A stretch of DNA of 64,000 nt from Botryllus schlosseri (taxonomy: Eukaryota): assembly GCA_051294905.1 (NCBI GenBank), contig CM119372.1, positions 34,040,001 through 34,104,000 on the forward strand, in the 5' to 3' direction. The stretch's first letter is position 1. Every line of letters starts with the position of its first letter. Below are positions 36,250 through 51,973 of this stretch, piece after piece. The notes beneath the pieces are model-generated. The model ran no database searches. It saw only the letters and a program-made list of their open reading frames with translations, and was not told where the DNA came from. The position numbers were made by a program, and so were the translations under genes.

Positions 36250-39200
36250 TTAACCTATGACGAAGCGACAAAGGATTAAAAAAATAGCGATTGTTCCAAG
36301 TCCAACGATAATATTTGATGTAATTTTGATGCTACACATGGAACAAAGTATATTGTCGCAAATTTGACTGGCTATTTCGGTTATCCGGGGCGTCGCAGGT
36401 TAATTGCGGGAATAAGGTGACTCTCACGTCCTTCGTGTCCAGAGATTCAATGATGGTTTACCTATAGCATAGTGACGTGCGTTCGAAGGACGTCTCACCT
36501 GTTGTCATGACCGCAAAAGAAAATTGTGAAAACTTTCAATGAGGGATTGGTATTATTCTACCGATGTTAATGAATGACTAATCCTGAACATGTTTACACG
36601 CAAGATGATGCGATTTACATATTTATTGTTCACAAATACTGAGAGAAGAGAGACGTGGTGCACAGACGAAACAAGCCTAATCTGTGTTTGCGCAAATACT
36701 CGTCAAGAGCGCTGAATTTATAATTCATTGTTTTAATCAAATGCCATTATTACACTGATTTCGAAGATCAAGTAATATTAATTACCAATCGCCAAAACAG
36801 CAGGACCCCCTTGTAATTTCCATGAAGTTTGGAATTTTATTTTCTTGCGTTCAATGACTACGCAGTGACTCAATAAAACTTGAGATAGAAATTTATACAC
36901 CTTGCCAATTGTTCGTTATCAATCCAACAAGCGCAGAACATTGAAACAATGCGCTATCGGTTATCGACAGAGATAGTCAAAGCAGTCAAGAATTCAGTGC
37001 ATGTATTCAAACATTCTCAAGGAATTTCGAAAGGTAATCATAAATACTATCTCATGGGCTGTCACAGGCCGCAAATTGACCTATGAGAACTGTGCAGAGA
37101 ACTGGATTCGTGTTGCTACATCCTAAGATGTCTAAATCTTCAATGGCATAAAAATTCGACACCATCATCTGAAGTAAGTTTTGTTATATATAACAACGGC
37201 TCTTAACCTTTTTTTTTAGCTCATCTCCCTTTCCAGAAATGTAATATTAAGGTTCCGTCCACCGTAATACAATCCCCGTGACGATGAAGCTGAAATGGGG
37301 CATATCGTAAAGATGTAGGCCTATTTACGACAGGGGTGTCAAACAAACGGCCCGCGGGCCGCCAGACGATTTCATCCGGCCCACGAAGCAATTCTGATTA
37401 GATTGAAAACTGCTTATGTTTTCCAGCACATTTTTAACTAATGTTGAGATCTTATTTAAGGAAATACTTCCATTTAAATAATCTCAAAAGGCAGCGAATG
37501 CCGACAATGGTAATTGTTCAAGGTTACATTTTAACCACCCCGACTGCAGGTTTGTGGTTTCACTCTAGACTTACCACTTGGAACAATTCGGTGACTTTGA
37601 TACTCGATTTCGAGAAGGCAAAAACGAGCAGACTGACATCAGACTTTTATGGAAAAACGGACCGAAATGCAGTTATTCGCAGAAGCGAAATCGCCAATGC
37701 GGAATCGTTTTTTTGCAGTTTACATGGATAATATATTACTTATATACAAAAATACATTTTAGATATCCGTGTCGTTACTGCTATGTTACTTCTGACTCAA
37801 AATGTTCCCTGACTCCAGATAAACCAGAATCGCGATTTAGAAAAATGAAACAAATTCGAACGTCCGCGTTTGCGGTTAAATCTCTTGTGGTCCTCACAAT
37901 GCATGGGCAGGGCTAACACCTGAAAGAATAGGGAGCATAGAAATATACCATCTTATATTGTAATTAGCGCCACTATTTTAGCCATTCATAACTGTATTCA
38001 GCCGGCTAGTCATCGGATTTTGGTCAATTTCATAATTCGCGAATATAGGTGTTGCTACTTGCTACAGTAAAAATAACCTGTGATCCATGACATAGTAAAA
38101 AAAAAACTGTGATTCATGACACAATGTGATATAGGCTACTATTATCTTTATCAAATATTGAAGTATTCGAGTGAAAAGCAATGACATGAGGTAACAATTT
38201 TTGAATCAGTTGATTGGTCCGGCCGGCAAGCGATTTGAAGGTTTGAATCCGGCCCGCGACGCAATTTGAGTTTGCCACACCTGATTTACGATATATAAAT
38301 ATATGAAAATTTATCCTTAGAAATAGGAGCATTCAAACAGCAAATTTCAGTTGATAATATGACAGCAAAAATTATCTAAAATCCCATTCAAGTGCTGTAG
38401 GAGTAGGCTACATCAAATTATAGCAATGACGATAATGACTTCTTAAAACATTGCAAAAAATTGATATGCATCCGGTACAGCACATCAAACCTTCTCTATT
38501 CATTAGATCAACAAACAGAACTTAAATTTTATTGACCTCAAAAAAGTGATGGTTAAAACTACGAAGCAAAATGTCGATTGTAGATGCAAGGGATCAAATG
38601 GGTTTGGTGATAGAAACTTTTAAGTAATAATAGGGCTAATACCAGCAAGCATATATTGCCTTCGATAAAACTGATTCCTAATCTTCAGTACTTCTGGAGT
38701 CATTATGTGCGTGCAACTATAATATGTCCATTCCATACCCATTTCCTCGGCACATTGTACAAATGGCGTCATTTCTGGCAGATAGTGGGTGCGGCGGGAT
38801 ATTTGCAGGGCATGCTGTCAGTCAGGATTTCACACATTCAGTTTGTAAGATCAATCCATCTCAGCTTACTTAATGCCTACATCACACTGTTAATTTAAGA
38901 TCCATAATCGCTCTTGATCCTGCTCTGATATCATTGTGAAGCACGCCATTTAAAGCTTTGTGATACAGCTCAACTTATTTGCGATGAATGCTGCAAAATG
39001 TTCGCATGATAGAAAGGATATAAAGGGACGCAAACGCCCAGTGAACTTCTTTACATTATGTACTGCAGCAGACTAAGCTGACCAAGCCTATGATTAATCG
39101 ATGAAATTGCACTGAGAAACTATATAACCTCGGAAATAAAATCATCGTCATGGAGTTAGGTCAGCTTCTGCAAATAACTGAACATGGCTCGTGTACCGAT

Positions 39201-41329
39201 CAATGTTCCCTCTAAGCTGCGCACGTTCGCAATTTCGGACTGCCGACACGGTCTCTGCGCACATAAAATTTAAGCTGCGCACAAAAATTCCGAAATGATG
39301 ACCTTTTTCTAGTCGTTATGCACTGTTTTCTAAGGGACCGCGCAGTGAGTTGGTGAGTGCGCGCAGACTCGTGAAAAATTAGAGGGAACATCGGTACCGA
39401 TGCAGATTCTATTAGAGGGCGCACTGGGTATATTTTCCCTCACTTGTCTTGAGATTCGCAGGCCTGTGTTGTGTTTAGCTTTACATAACGAGTCCAATTT
39501 CCGTTTTGTAGTCGGATAAGTGGTTCATAAAGTGGTCGCCAGCGTCCGGCTGGGTGACGTTTACGACCTCGAATGGGGTTGATAGCTACAATTTGGGCGG
39601 TCGGGGGCGCTGAGAGTAAACGTAGGCTGTTTGACCTATGAGTAACTGTTTGGGTGAGTCCTTGAATTAGAGCTCTCTCTGTGCGCCAATGTAAGATTTA
39701 TGAATTTATGATCACGTCGTTCACGGTCGTACAAGGTGGATTCAATCGAAAATCGTCACGCACGCTCTCCGCATATGTTCATTGTGAAGGAGGATTGAGT
39801 GTTCTAACTGACCAAACAATCAATCAAACAACGAATAGACTAATTATTCAGTGACACTTATTGTACGATTGTTTTCACTGACTGTGTCTGTCCGGAAATT
39901 CGTACAAAAAGGGACAGATCAACGCGAAAAATCTATGCGACAATGCAGTGACTGTGCAATGAGCCAAATACCTTTTTTTGGGGGGGGGGGAGCAGGAAGG
40001 GGCTAGGGACTGTTCGATACCTGGTTTGCTGTGGAGGTGGTCGATGTGCAGAAAAAGTTTGGCAAACACTGCTCTAGTATAACGGGCTGATTACCAACGT
40101 CCAAAACAGGCAGGCAGGTTTTCCCAAGCATATAATTGCAATAATATTGCACGTGCCTAGCCCAAGGAACTGAACGAGATCATTCCGACGGTGTCTAGAT
40201 GCGCATAACTTGCTGGCGGCTGGAATAAAACGACTCTTATATTTCTAGTCTAGGAGCAATGGTTCCCAACCGCCTGTCCGTGGCAGCTTCCTGCCGGTCC
40301 GCCAAATGAACAATAATATTATATACCAGTTCCAAAACGCGAGAAGTTGTGCATTATTAAAGAAGTACGACTTCAAATTTTAAATTGATTCAGGGTATTT
40401 CTGCATAGTGTCGTAATAGGGAGCTCATTGTCTACTTTGGTCGTACGTCACAATCAGGACCATAACCGCCGCACCCCAAACCCCCCAACAAATATCGCCT
40501 ACATGTAGCGCGGAAAACGTATGTCACGGCGGGGGTAGGGGGTGTGGAGGGCCTAAGACCAACATTTTGGGGGGGGGGGGCTGACGAAGTGCTGTTTCAG
40601 CGCTGGTCATAATGATACAAGTGTTGTGCGAAACTGTTTGAAAGTAGCCTACTACTTCGAACAAGTTACGGAGATTTTTTAACAAACTTCGTTAATTTCC
40701 GACAACGCAATCAAGCGACACTTCGCAGTATAATAAAATCTATAGGAGGGGTGGACAGACCTGCTTCATGTGCGAACCTCATAAAAAAATCTTAATTTTA
40801 AGAAAGCCACAACCACAACAAAAAAAATTCAAAAATACGAATTCATTTCGTCATACAGAAATGTGGGGTATCGAATGAAGTTTACTATAGTGTGATGATA
40901 TGGTGCGTCTCCATCTGGGCTGCAAGGTGTTTGAAATCAGGCTGATATGATGTTGAATCAGTGCGGAGCAATTCCTTCAAGTTATAATAAGCATTTAAGG
41001 TAGATTTCAGCTCGGTAATCACAGTACTTCGTAAATCCGTCTTCGTTTCAAGTTACTAGTTTTGTAATTCTTAGGCGGATTTTGATAGATAAGACACATT
41101 GGCTTATACCTTCATTATCACTGAATGCAAACTCTTCCTCTCATTCTGTTTTGCAAGGTTTATATTCCTGTTCATACTTTCTTTTATTTTTGCAATTATC
41201 GCTCAACGACATTTTCTTGGTCAAACTCTGCAGTTATTGCTACCCTTTACAATGAAAATAGAAGATCCGTATTCACCATCTTTAGCCCAGAAATGATGTG
41301 AACTGCGCTGCCGTGGTTAACCGTTGAAC

Positions 41330-44302
41330 CATAGTGTCCTATATGGTATCGACACAAGCAAATCGCACGGTTCAATGAAATTGTATCACGTCACAGTTTC
41401 CATTTGGCTACAGGCAATTTGACGGTGATTTTTGCCCGACTTGCCGAGCATTAAATTTGATGAAGCGGGTATCAATCGAAAGCTGACGCTGTACTGCTTG
41501 CGAAAATATAAATTTCATTCCACTCATGGCCCTGGAACCCCCACAATCTGCCCCAAATTATTCATTGTCTAGTAGATTGGCAGTGTGACGCAACAATGAT
41601 GTCTGGCGAAACGAGAGACTAGCTCAAGAGCAAGGATGCGGCCGAGCGGCGAGAGTGGGATCAGCTGACGTCGCGGCAATAGCAATGTGCAACCGCGCCA
41701 CAGAGAAACGCTGCGCTGTTGATACTTTTTCTATGCGTTCCGGTACAAGCGAGCACACACCAGCCTTTCCTTGACTTGTAAAGGTAGAACTGGGTCCACG
41801 GAATGTATTAGGGCCCTACCAATTTTCGCGCAATATCCTTCAGCTGATAGAGATATGTAGTCTACATTGGATATGTCAGATTATTATGATATCGATTGCC
41901 TTAGCCCGCTTGTTGCGTAAGGCTCCAGAGCAGACTTGGACAACTAGATAATTCTAGTTGTCTAATTTCACTAAATTAGAGCGAAATGCCAGTAATCTAA
42001 TTCTAATCTAATTTGTGAAATGTTTCCATGCTCTAATTCTAATTCTAATCTAATTTGTGAAATGTTCTTCTGCTCTAATTCTAATTCTAATCTAATTTGT
42101 GAAATGTCCCTATTCTCTAATTCTAGTTCTAATCTAATTATTGTTTTAATGAAAATGCCTCTTTGTCCGAGGCATATTGCACTATTGCGCAGGGAAATCC
42201 AGTGCCAAGCCGCCATCGCCTTACTTACACCGTGCAGTCATAGTAGATATTATGACGAATAATAGCCTGCTAGAGTAGCTTGTAGTCTGCGAACAAAATT
42301 CTAGTTTTTAAAACTTTACGTTAGTACATCGCCGTTCTGACTAACATGGGCGATGTCCATGGTTATTATGAAGAAGTAATATTGTATTGGTGTACAGAAG
42401 TTAATGGGAATGCACTGATGTTGTTGTTGTTGTTTATTGAACAAAAATATGTGGCGCTTATCGCGTGACGGCCTTTTGCACCACGCACTGTGATTTGATA
42501 TGAACTGGATTTTGCTGTGTTCATTTCCCATATACAATTTCATTCAATTTCCAATTTTTTGCGAACTAAGTAGCTCTAATTCTAATTCTAATCTAATTTG
42601 GAAAAAACTTAGTAGCTCTAATTCTAATTCTAATCTAATTTGGAAAAAGCTGTGGAGCTCTAATTCTAATTCTAATCTAATTTGGAAAAACTGTGTAACT
42701 CTAATTCTAATTCTAGTCTAATTTGAAAAAAACTATGGAGCTCTAATTCTAATTCTAATCTAATTCAGAAAAGCTGAAAATTTTCTAGTTGTCCAAGTCT
42801 GCTCCAGAGATGCGTGGCGCTGTTGATACTTTTTCTACGCGCTTCGCTAAAAGCGAGCACACACCAGCCTTTCCTTGACTTGTAATGGTGAACTGGGTCC
42901 ACAGAATGTATTTGGTCCCTACCAATTTTCGCGCAATCCTTCAGCTGTTAGAGATATTTCTAGTAAGAAAAATATACTTTCAAGTAATAAGATTCACTCA
43001 AGACAGCAAATTTAGATAATGTAAATATATCATATTGTAGTAATACAACTACAGTGTTGAGTTTTCACTCTAGTCCCCATAAGCACCACGTCGGTGACCT
43101 TGCCAAATTCCGAGAAGGCGAAAAAGTGCAAACTCTGTTGGGCCGAATGGACAATGGACATTCAGTTATTCACAGATGCGAAAAAAATACTGCAAATCCG
43201 TTTTAGGTAAGTTACATTAGGAATATATATACAGACTACAGAATGAGTATAATTCAAATATCTGTGATACCACTGTATTACTTTTGACGCAAAATATCCC
43301 CGGCATTCAAAAAAACTATTTGGTGATTGAAAAATGCTAAACCAAATTCCAACGTCAACGTTTATAGTGATATCAGATATATTCCAATGAAAAACAAAGG
43401 TATGAATTTGGTGCTAACATTTTGGAATCATTTGGCAGGTATGGCCCGCAAGCTTTCTAGTAACGGATTGAATCCGGACAGCGATTCCAGTTTAATTCGA
43501 CACTCCTGCTGTTAAACTTTATTCAACAATCAACATTTTACCTGCTGCATTCGCGGACCAAGTCCCACCCATACGGATCAAATAAAAGCTTGTAATGTAT
43601 GCTCATGCTCAATGCTCCTTGCTCACACTTAACCATAAAAGCGACTATAGAAAGTATCTACACCCGCCATCAACAGCGCGACGTGTCTCTGGAGCCCTAC
43701 GCAACAAGCGGGCTAAGGCAACCGATATCATAATAATCTGACATATCCAATGTAGATTACTTAGACGTAGCCTACATATCTTTATCAGCTGAAGGATATT
43801 GCGCGAAAATTGGTAGGGCCCTAATACATTCTGTGGACCCAGTTCTACCCTTACAAGTCAAGGAAAGGCTGGTGTGTGCTCGCTTGTACCGAAACGCATA
43901 GAAAAAGTATCAAAAGCGCAGCGTTTCTTTGTGGCGCGTTTGCACATCGCTATTGCCGCGACGTCAGCTGATCCCACTCTCGCCGCTCGGCCGCATCCTT
44001 GCTCTTGAGCTAGTCTCTCGTTTCGCCAGACCGCATTGTTGCGTCACACTGCCAATCTACTCGACAATGAATAATTGGGGGCTGATGGTGGGGGTTCCAG
44101 GGCCGCGAGCGGAATAAAATTTATATTTTCGTAATCAGTGCAGAGTCAGCTTTCGATTGATATCCGATTCATCAAATTTAATGCTCGGCAAGCCGGTCAA
44201 AAATCACCGTCAAATTGCCTGTAGCCAAATGGAAACTGTGACGTGATACAATTTCATTGAACCGTGCGATTTGCTTGTGTCGACACCATATAGGACACTA
44301 TG
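41330..44302. mobile_element. Galileo-like foldback element, copy 2 (copy 3 begins at 63049)
   Basis: Same structure; GTTGAAC at 41323-41329 and 44303-44309. Confidence 0.88.
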
Positions 44303-45769
44303 GTTGAACACAATGATTTATCATTGATTCATGAACATGACCACGACCATGCACCATTGGTGCGGGTGAAACGTTCATGTGGAGTCGATTTGAGCGTTCA
44401 ATTGCAACTTTCTAACCCTGTATAGTCCCACCGTTCTCTCAATTTTACATGTGTTACATAAACTATAAGGAAAGACGACACGAAAACCCTACAGATATCG
44501 TTAATACGTGATAGAATGCATAAATTTGATAATCAGGTTAAATCTCTCTAACAAAATGGCGAAACGCATGAGCATGTACATTGTATACATTGTACAATCA
44601 ATGAAGAGACGTAATCGAAGCCTAACATCCGCAAGCGTCTGGTGAGCCGCAGTTTGCCCATCCCTGAGCTATAGCAATCATTAAAGTCGCATTTCTTTTA
44701 AAGGATACTGGACATTTACAATCAAGTTTGTGCTGTTCAACTTAGGGATACCATATGTCCTTAGCCGGACTTCGCGAGCTTCGTTAGCAGAAACTTCTAT
44801 AGAATGATGTATGCCTTATAAATATCTGATTTTAAAGGGCAGCGTTAAATAAAGTTTTAAATATTACATTTGAGTTGCGTGCATTTGTTGTAATTAGATT
44901 TAGAGTTTGGGGCCCTAGGGGACGCGTAACACGGTTTGGAAAACCTTGTTCAACACCATTGTCTTTAGTACAACATTAAAATAACGGGGCGCCCAAACAA
45001 GAATAGTCCTAGGGCAGTGGTTCCCAAGTGAGGGGGGGGGGGGGGGGGAATTCCCCCCTTGGGGGAATTTTGAAATTTTTAGGGGGGAATCTGGTTTAAA
45101 TTTCTTAGGGGAAATCTGGCTATGGCATTGTATTGGAAGATGCACTGGGTTCGCAAGGTTTTCAGAATTTTATGGTGTAGAACTGTTAAGTAGAAATTAG
45201 TTCTTTGCAATTGTATGTTTCTTTGGCGGATTTCAAGCTAGGTGTATATTTAAAAGCCTTCCGTAGATATTACACCCCCTGATAAAGTCGAGGCTCACGA
45301 GGCGATTTCGTTGTGTCAGCGACAGCCTCTCGACCAAATTGTTACTAGGCAGGAAAACGTCGAGCCGAATTCAGCACAAGGCCGCTAGTGAAATTGTTTA
45401 ACTTTTTAAACCAACATATGAGCTAACGGGAAAAACATACCGTACCAAATTCATCGATTCAACTCAAGTCCATAGCAAGCGGACTTGTTGATTTATTTTT
45501 CGTCAGCGGCTACCCGACCGGGCACACACAGGTCAAATTTGACTGTACTGACTGACTGGGGGTAGGGGGGGGGGGGGGTGCATGTAAAAGAGTATACGAC
45601 ACACTGATCATGTTTGTGTTCTGCTTTGCAAATCAGTTCGATTGATACTCTATTCTAATCGAAAGTAGCGGAAACGTTGATCACTAGTTGGGCCAGTTGT
45701 AGATGTACTAATGTTCTCGTTCATAATAGATAAAACCCAATTTTCTTGGTGACTCGTATTGCGGAAACG

Positions 45770-47264
45770 ATGCGTGTACTTTTAATGACTCTTGTTTGGC
45801 TATTGCTTCATAACGCGGAATCGAGTGAAGTACCGGGAACGAAAGGCGCTGAAGATTCTGGATCACCGTCTGTCGACGGCAACGACCCACAAAACAGTAC
45901 ATTACCTTCGAACAAAAAAGATGAAAAACTACCGCCTGGACATGCCAAAGGCAATAGCAGCAGTAAAATTAAACCTAAAAAGAATAATGGTGACAAAGGT
46001 GGAATAAAGAATATGAAAGTCCCCGGTGAGACAAGGCAAGTGTCGCTTCTGAGCAGTCACTCACGTTATGCGAAACACTGTCCGTCCCTGGCATTCGATT
46101 TGCGTCGATAAGAAAGGTTCATGGGGTCCCGGGAACCTTTATTTGTGTTGATCATCACGCCAGTGTCAACTTCTTTGTTTCATTCGATGGGTAATGATTC
46201 ACAAGGAGTTGACAATAGGCCATCTACAACAGCAAGCATGTAAAGTAGGCTACGAGGTGTAAAATGTCAAAGGATATGTCCACCGTCAATGCAACCTCTA
46301 TAACACCAACGAAATTAAGTTTGCAAAATAAATTTGACTTTGTTAACAATTTTGACAATATTTTGACCTAACACTACAATTTTTACAAAATTTTGACTTT
46401 TCAGCCACGTCAAAATATAACTGTCCTAGTTAACATGTATACGATTTAGATTTTAACAGCATTATTTCTCAGCAATATCTTTCCCTTGTTTTTTAGGTAC
46501 CACAACTGTCCACCAGGATGGCGCAATTGCGTCCAGAAGTGAATCTGCCCACACAGGTAAAATATCCGCCTCTACTACGGAGTAATGCGCAGCACTCCCA
46601 TATTATGCATTGGAAGCATCATGTGAAGAACTTCCTCTTTACCTACGTCACAAACAGCTTAGCCTTAACTACCGCTTCCACCTCAGACGCTACTAGGCCC
46701 ACGAACCCCCACCAATAGAAGTTCTCGAAGGCACGTGGCATGAGATATACAGCATCATGAACCCAAAATTCAATACCCCCAACATGACCAGGAATGCCAC
46801 GTCTCCCAATAACCTCGTACTGGAAAGAAAATCGCATCCAGATTTCACGACATGGTTGATGCAATCACAAAACGTTGATCTAGACCTGACAAATATCATT
46901 AAAAAAGGCATCGCACCTCTGTCGCATAAACCCATAGTCCTGGACTTCATATTCGAACGCTATAACGAAGTCATTGAAATATACACTTGACGGCTTTAAA
47001 TCAACAGAAGGAGCCGGTTATGCGTTTACTATCCCGTCGCTGATGATAAACTTTTCTGAACCTTGTTCGATTTGTTGTAAATGGGTCTCCTTAAAAGCAT
47101 CTTGGGAACCACTTCTAGGTGTTGAGTCCTTGATTTGGCACCTTTTCGTTAAGCATACATTAGGCAAATTTATGTTTGCCTACGATAATTATCAAAAAAT
47201 ACACATTTATTTTGCAGAACTCATTGACCAATCCATGGAGGGGACGAAAATTTGCTGTGAATAA
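45770..47264 (+). CDS. Secreted protein gene B, copy 2; exons 45770-46025, 46497-46556, 47218-47264
   Basis: Same exon sequences and splice sites at offset 21325. Confidence 0.72.
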
Positions 47265-50200
47265 TCGGCATACGGGCAAAATCCATTATTTTCTATAATT
47301 AAGTCGTGTCGGTGATTGTGTATAAGTATTTATTGCATTTCATAATTATTTCGATACGGAGAAACCTGATTATGGATTTGGTGCGAGTCTTATGCGTTAT
47401 CTGAAAAGATAGCGAAGTAATTATTCAACGCTCATTTGTGTCTACTGCATACTGATAATTGACTGCTGTGTGATATTAAAGAGTGTTGCGCAGGCTTACG
47501 TGTTACGTGTGTGCTTGCTCAATATTTGCAAGAGGGTTCGAACCTCCGTTACTTAGCCCAGCTTGATCGTTACGCCAGAAACAGTAATATCGATTCCAAT
47601 CCCGATATCCACACCAGTGATGAGCGGATAGTAATTTCTGAGAATCCGAATCCGTCTGACAGCTCGCGTATCTGAGGAACTATCAGTCCGAATCCGAACA
47701 ATCTCATCCAAAAATCCATTCGAATCCGAACAATGTCGTCCAGAATACGAAAAGTCCGAATCGAATAACTTTTCCGAAGAATCCTGATTGCACGACTGAG
47801 CCGAGATACGATTAGGGCGTAGTCTTCACAAAGGCTAAGGTTAGGGTTTGCTGATTTGTATGTGCTTGGACCATTTACAGAACAACTTTAGAGTACTACC
47901 AGTCTTATCAGAACGTGTTTACTGTCCGTGTTTGGTTGTTCAGTTCAAATGACAAATCACGTCTGGTAAGAACTATTCGAAAATATCCGAAGCAGAAGTT
48001 ACAACTATCCACAAATATCCGAAACAAAATATGCAATAGAATGCGAATCCCATCAGACTGTCTCAAAATTGTGCGAAATCAGGCCGGAACCCTATCCGAG
48101 TCCGTCCGATGCTCATCACTGATCCACACATGCTTGAAATGCCAAGAGTGAACACTCATATTATGTCGTATCGATACGACGATTATACTTATTGCCAGAT
48201 CTACATAGTTTATCTGACATGTACAAAGCAATACTACAAACGTGAAATATGTTATATGCAGAGGTGGTCAAAGTAGTCAAGAAAGCTACTCAAGTAGAAG
48301 TAGAAGTAGCGACGAAAAAATCTACTCAAGTACGAGTAGAAGTACTTCTTCCATAAGCCACCTAAAACTACTTGAAGGAAAGCTAGAATTGACTGACGTT
48401 AAATTTACTCAAGTAAGTAAGTGGTTTTGAAAACAGTCTCAATTCGTTCGCACGGACTGTCAAATGCTGCAAATTGAGCTATGCGGAAGATGCAGAGAGA
48501 TTGATTCGTATTGATGCATCCCAGGAGGTATCAATTTGCGACAGAAGAAGCATTCTTTAGCATCATGGGATGCAAATGATAGTAATGATATGAAAATGCG
48601 ATATTAACCTTGTTTACTAAGAGACACCATTTTAGAGAATATCATGGCATGGCGCCCTACATCATGTTATAAGGCCCCAAGTTTAGGCGAAGAGCAATAC
48701 GTAGAAGTTGCATCGGATACGGTTTCAACATTTTGCGAGATTGGTATACAAATATTGTATGCAAATTAGTATACAAATATTGTGGATCGTAAAATTTATA
48801 TTTAGTGTAGCTTTATTTTCGGAAAATAGAGGCATTACTACACTTGCTTTTATGCTTCAACATGTATATTCTGCAGACAAAAGAACTGAAAGTAATTAGA
48901 ACTCAAAGTATGATACTCTGAGTATCATACTCGGAACTGCAATTGAAATACAAATACTTCAAACACTTCTAAAAAGCGGAAAATATATTTCATGTCTTTT
49001 GTTCATAAAGCTTCAAAGGTAGGTAATCTGCTAAAAAAGGCGTAGCGTTCCAAACAGCCAGAATTTCCAGATTAACAAGACACGTCATGGGCTGCTAGAT
49101 AACGATAGGTAATTGCTAAATTGCGAAACGGTGGTTTCAAACGCCATATTTACTGTGATGAAATATTTGATATGGGTGACGATGCAGTATGAGCGGAACC
49201 ATAAGCAATCTGGTACCTAAATTATATTCATATATTTGGCATTCCATATACTGTGCGCGAAGCGCAATAATATTTCTGGGCTTTACTTTACTTTTTTAAT
49301 ATTAAATGGTGGCCCTCCGTGAAACCAGCCCCGAAATTCCTCAGGCTATCTTTCGTATTGGGGGGTTAAACTACTTCTACTTGACAAACTGAAAATAGCG
49401 AAAAGTAAGTAAGTAGATCACAAAATATTACGAAGTAGTAATAGAAGTAGAGAAAATCATATCTACTTGAGTAAGTAGCAGAAGTAGAGGAAAACTACTT
49501 CAGTACTTCCAAAAAGTAGAAGTGCATCGTTACTGACCACCTCTGATTATAGGCTACATGATGAAGAAAAGGATTAATTCAATTGTCCGAATTTTTCGCT
49601 GCTGATGGTGAAGATTAATTTTACGGAATGACAGTTTTAAAGTTGCAACCCTCTTACGGGCCGTGGTAATCTTTATTATTTATCTTGAGCTAATATGTTC
49701 ACACCACACGTTAAGACTATCCATGAGTTTTCGAACGGTGAGCATCGGGCGGGCCACTAGTAATTACTTACTTAGTTAAAGCATGCTGTTTTGTCGCGAC
49801 TTCCGGAAAATGTTGTCGCCACTCAAAAGTTATCTCACGCGTACCACAACTCAATAAAAAATTGGTAAGATACGCACGGTTCCCAATTTGCATTTATTCA
49901 CAGCGCGCAAAATTTATTCCTCTGCTTCTTAGCATTTGTACCGTGGGACTCAGATTGCAATTAATGAGCCATCCCGCGCGATCTTAGGACAAGGTTCTAA
50001 CGCCGGCGATATTTCTGGGATCGCACTTCGTGTTGGCTAAGACATATCTGCCTTGGTGTGTCTTTTTAGCGCCGTAAAGCTGATACCTAATAGTCCCGCA
50101 ACCGCTGGCAGCACACGCATATAATTAGATTCAATTCTGAATATCGTGCGTTTCTTTATTCAGGCCTATTTTTTGATTTTTTGATTTATCAAGAGGCGGG

Positions 50201-51949
50201 CACGCTATAATTAACATACCACTGAAACCATATATCGCGCAAAGCGCGATGAAAAATTTCAAGTCGGATACATATGGTCAATAATAATAAACCTATATTA
50301 AGTTTTGAAAAATGTTCAAAAATTATTGGGAGCACGGCCCCATTCTCCCAGTCCTGGCGACGCCAGTGCTATTGTATATATACATAGGCCTATGTATTAA
50401 TACCGCTAACAGACTGTTTTGCGATATTAAAGAAAGCTCGGTGGATTTACATGCGTGCTCAATACTTGCAGGAGATTGTAAGACACTAGTACATGTAGTG
50501 TTTTGAGGCAGAAACTGTATAATATCAACTGCAAATACATATAATTACACATTATTGAAATGATAATAACGCAACCCCTTCATAAGAAAACAAAAATCAC
50601 AATTCGAGCTCATAACATTATGTCGCTTCGGTACGTCGATTATACTTCCTTCTAGATATACATAGCTAATCGGAGATAATCAGATAAGCATAAAACAGGA
50701 ATACTAGCGACATACAATAATATACTAAATATGATCCAGAGACGGGTCAATACAATCATCGAGATTTTTGGTTTCTGATGGGAAAAAATGTTAGCGAATG
50801 ACTTGTTGAACGTGACAACTCCCTATGTATGGGATCTGGTAGTCTATAAGGACGATTATACACTGCTTACGCCTCTATACCGACAACAGCTCACCATCGC
50901 TTCTGAAATCAATAATGGTGACAATATCAGAACTTATTGCCAATGAGTTTACATCCCTGTCGGTATACATGCCAAGGCGATCACACGAAGACGAAGACGG
51001 TCATTAAATCTGTTTGTTTGTTTGAGGTATTCATTGTGTTTGTCGACTACTTTGTACATTTACACCACGCCAATTTTCTTCATTTTTATTCCGTAGCTGC
51101 CGACTTGTAGCACTGCCCACTTCCAGGCTTTTCATAAGACACCGCTTACGCGGATAAGATGGCGAGGATGAGCCTGGATAAACCTCCAACACTTAGGTAA
51201 TTAAATCTCTATTCGCAGTCGACTAGTCACGAAACATCTTAGGGTTCACGATTATAATAATTATTAATTGTAATCACTGGTTTGCCTGGAAAATAAGGAT
51301 CACTTCGTGGAATAATTTTGAATTTCCTGAAGAGTTCAACCCAAGCATTGCTCACCGAGGACTGACCGGTATAGCTGCGGTACCGGCGGATAGAATATAA
51401 TACTAATCTGTGTGCTGCGTAGGCCTGCGGAACGCGCATCCCCCAAACTGAAAAGAGAGTGGCCTCTCACTGTCTTCGAGCTTCAGATCCATATTTTAGT
51501 CAGTCTGACGTGGAATGCATAGTGCGGACGCTATACAAAATGGTAAATGGTAAGCGAGTAACAAATTGTGCGAATCCCTGGTTTAGTTAAATGCCTTGAA
51601 TGAGCTTGAACTCGCCCGGCAGCTACTTTCCACCATAACGTTGTAGCAAACTACAATGAATTGGCGAAGTATAAATGAAAATTAATTTCAAGGTCAGTGG
51701 CCATATCGATGTTCATTACTCACCCTCAAGCGGAATGCTTCGGATCCGTGTTCAGACAGCACAATCGAAAACAGAATTCCCATTTGATCAGGAATCCTAA
51801 CTGGATTGGATCCGGATCTTCAATAACACGACCCTTGCTTGTGTAATTATAATTGAGTCACCGCGGTACGCCCGCGAAGCAATTTCAGGTTATGCTCGAC
51901 TAATTCATAATTATTCACTTCGTTGCACGCATCTAGCCGTTGAAATATC

Positions 51950-51973
51950 GAGAGAGAGAGAGAGAGAGAGAGA
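51950..51973. repeat. (GA)12 microsatellite next to a minus-strand AATAAA (51977-51982); absent from unit 1
   Basis: Read directly in the 394-bp segment 51607-52000. Confidence 0.9.
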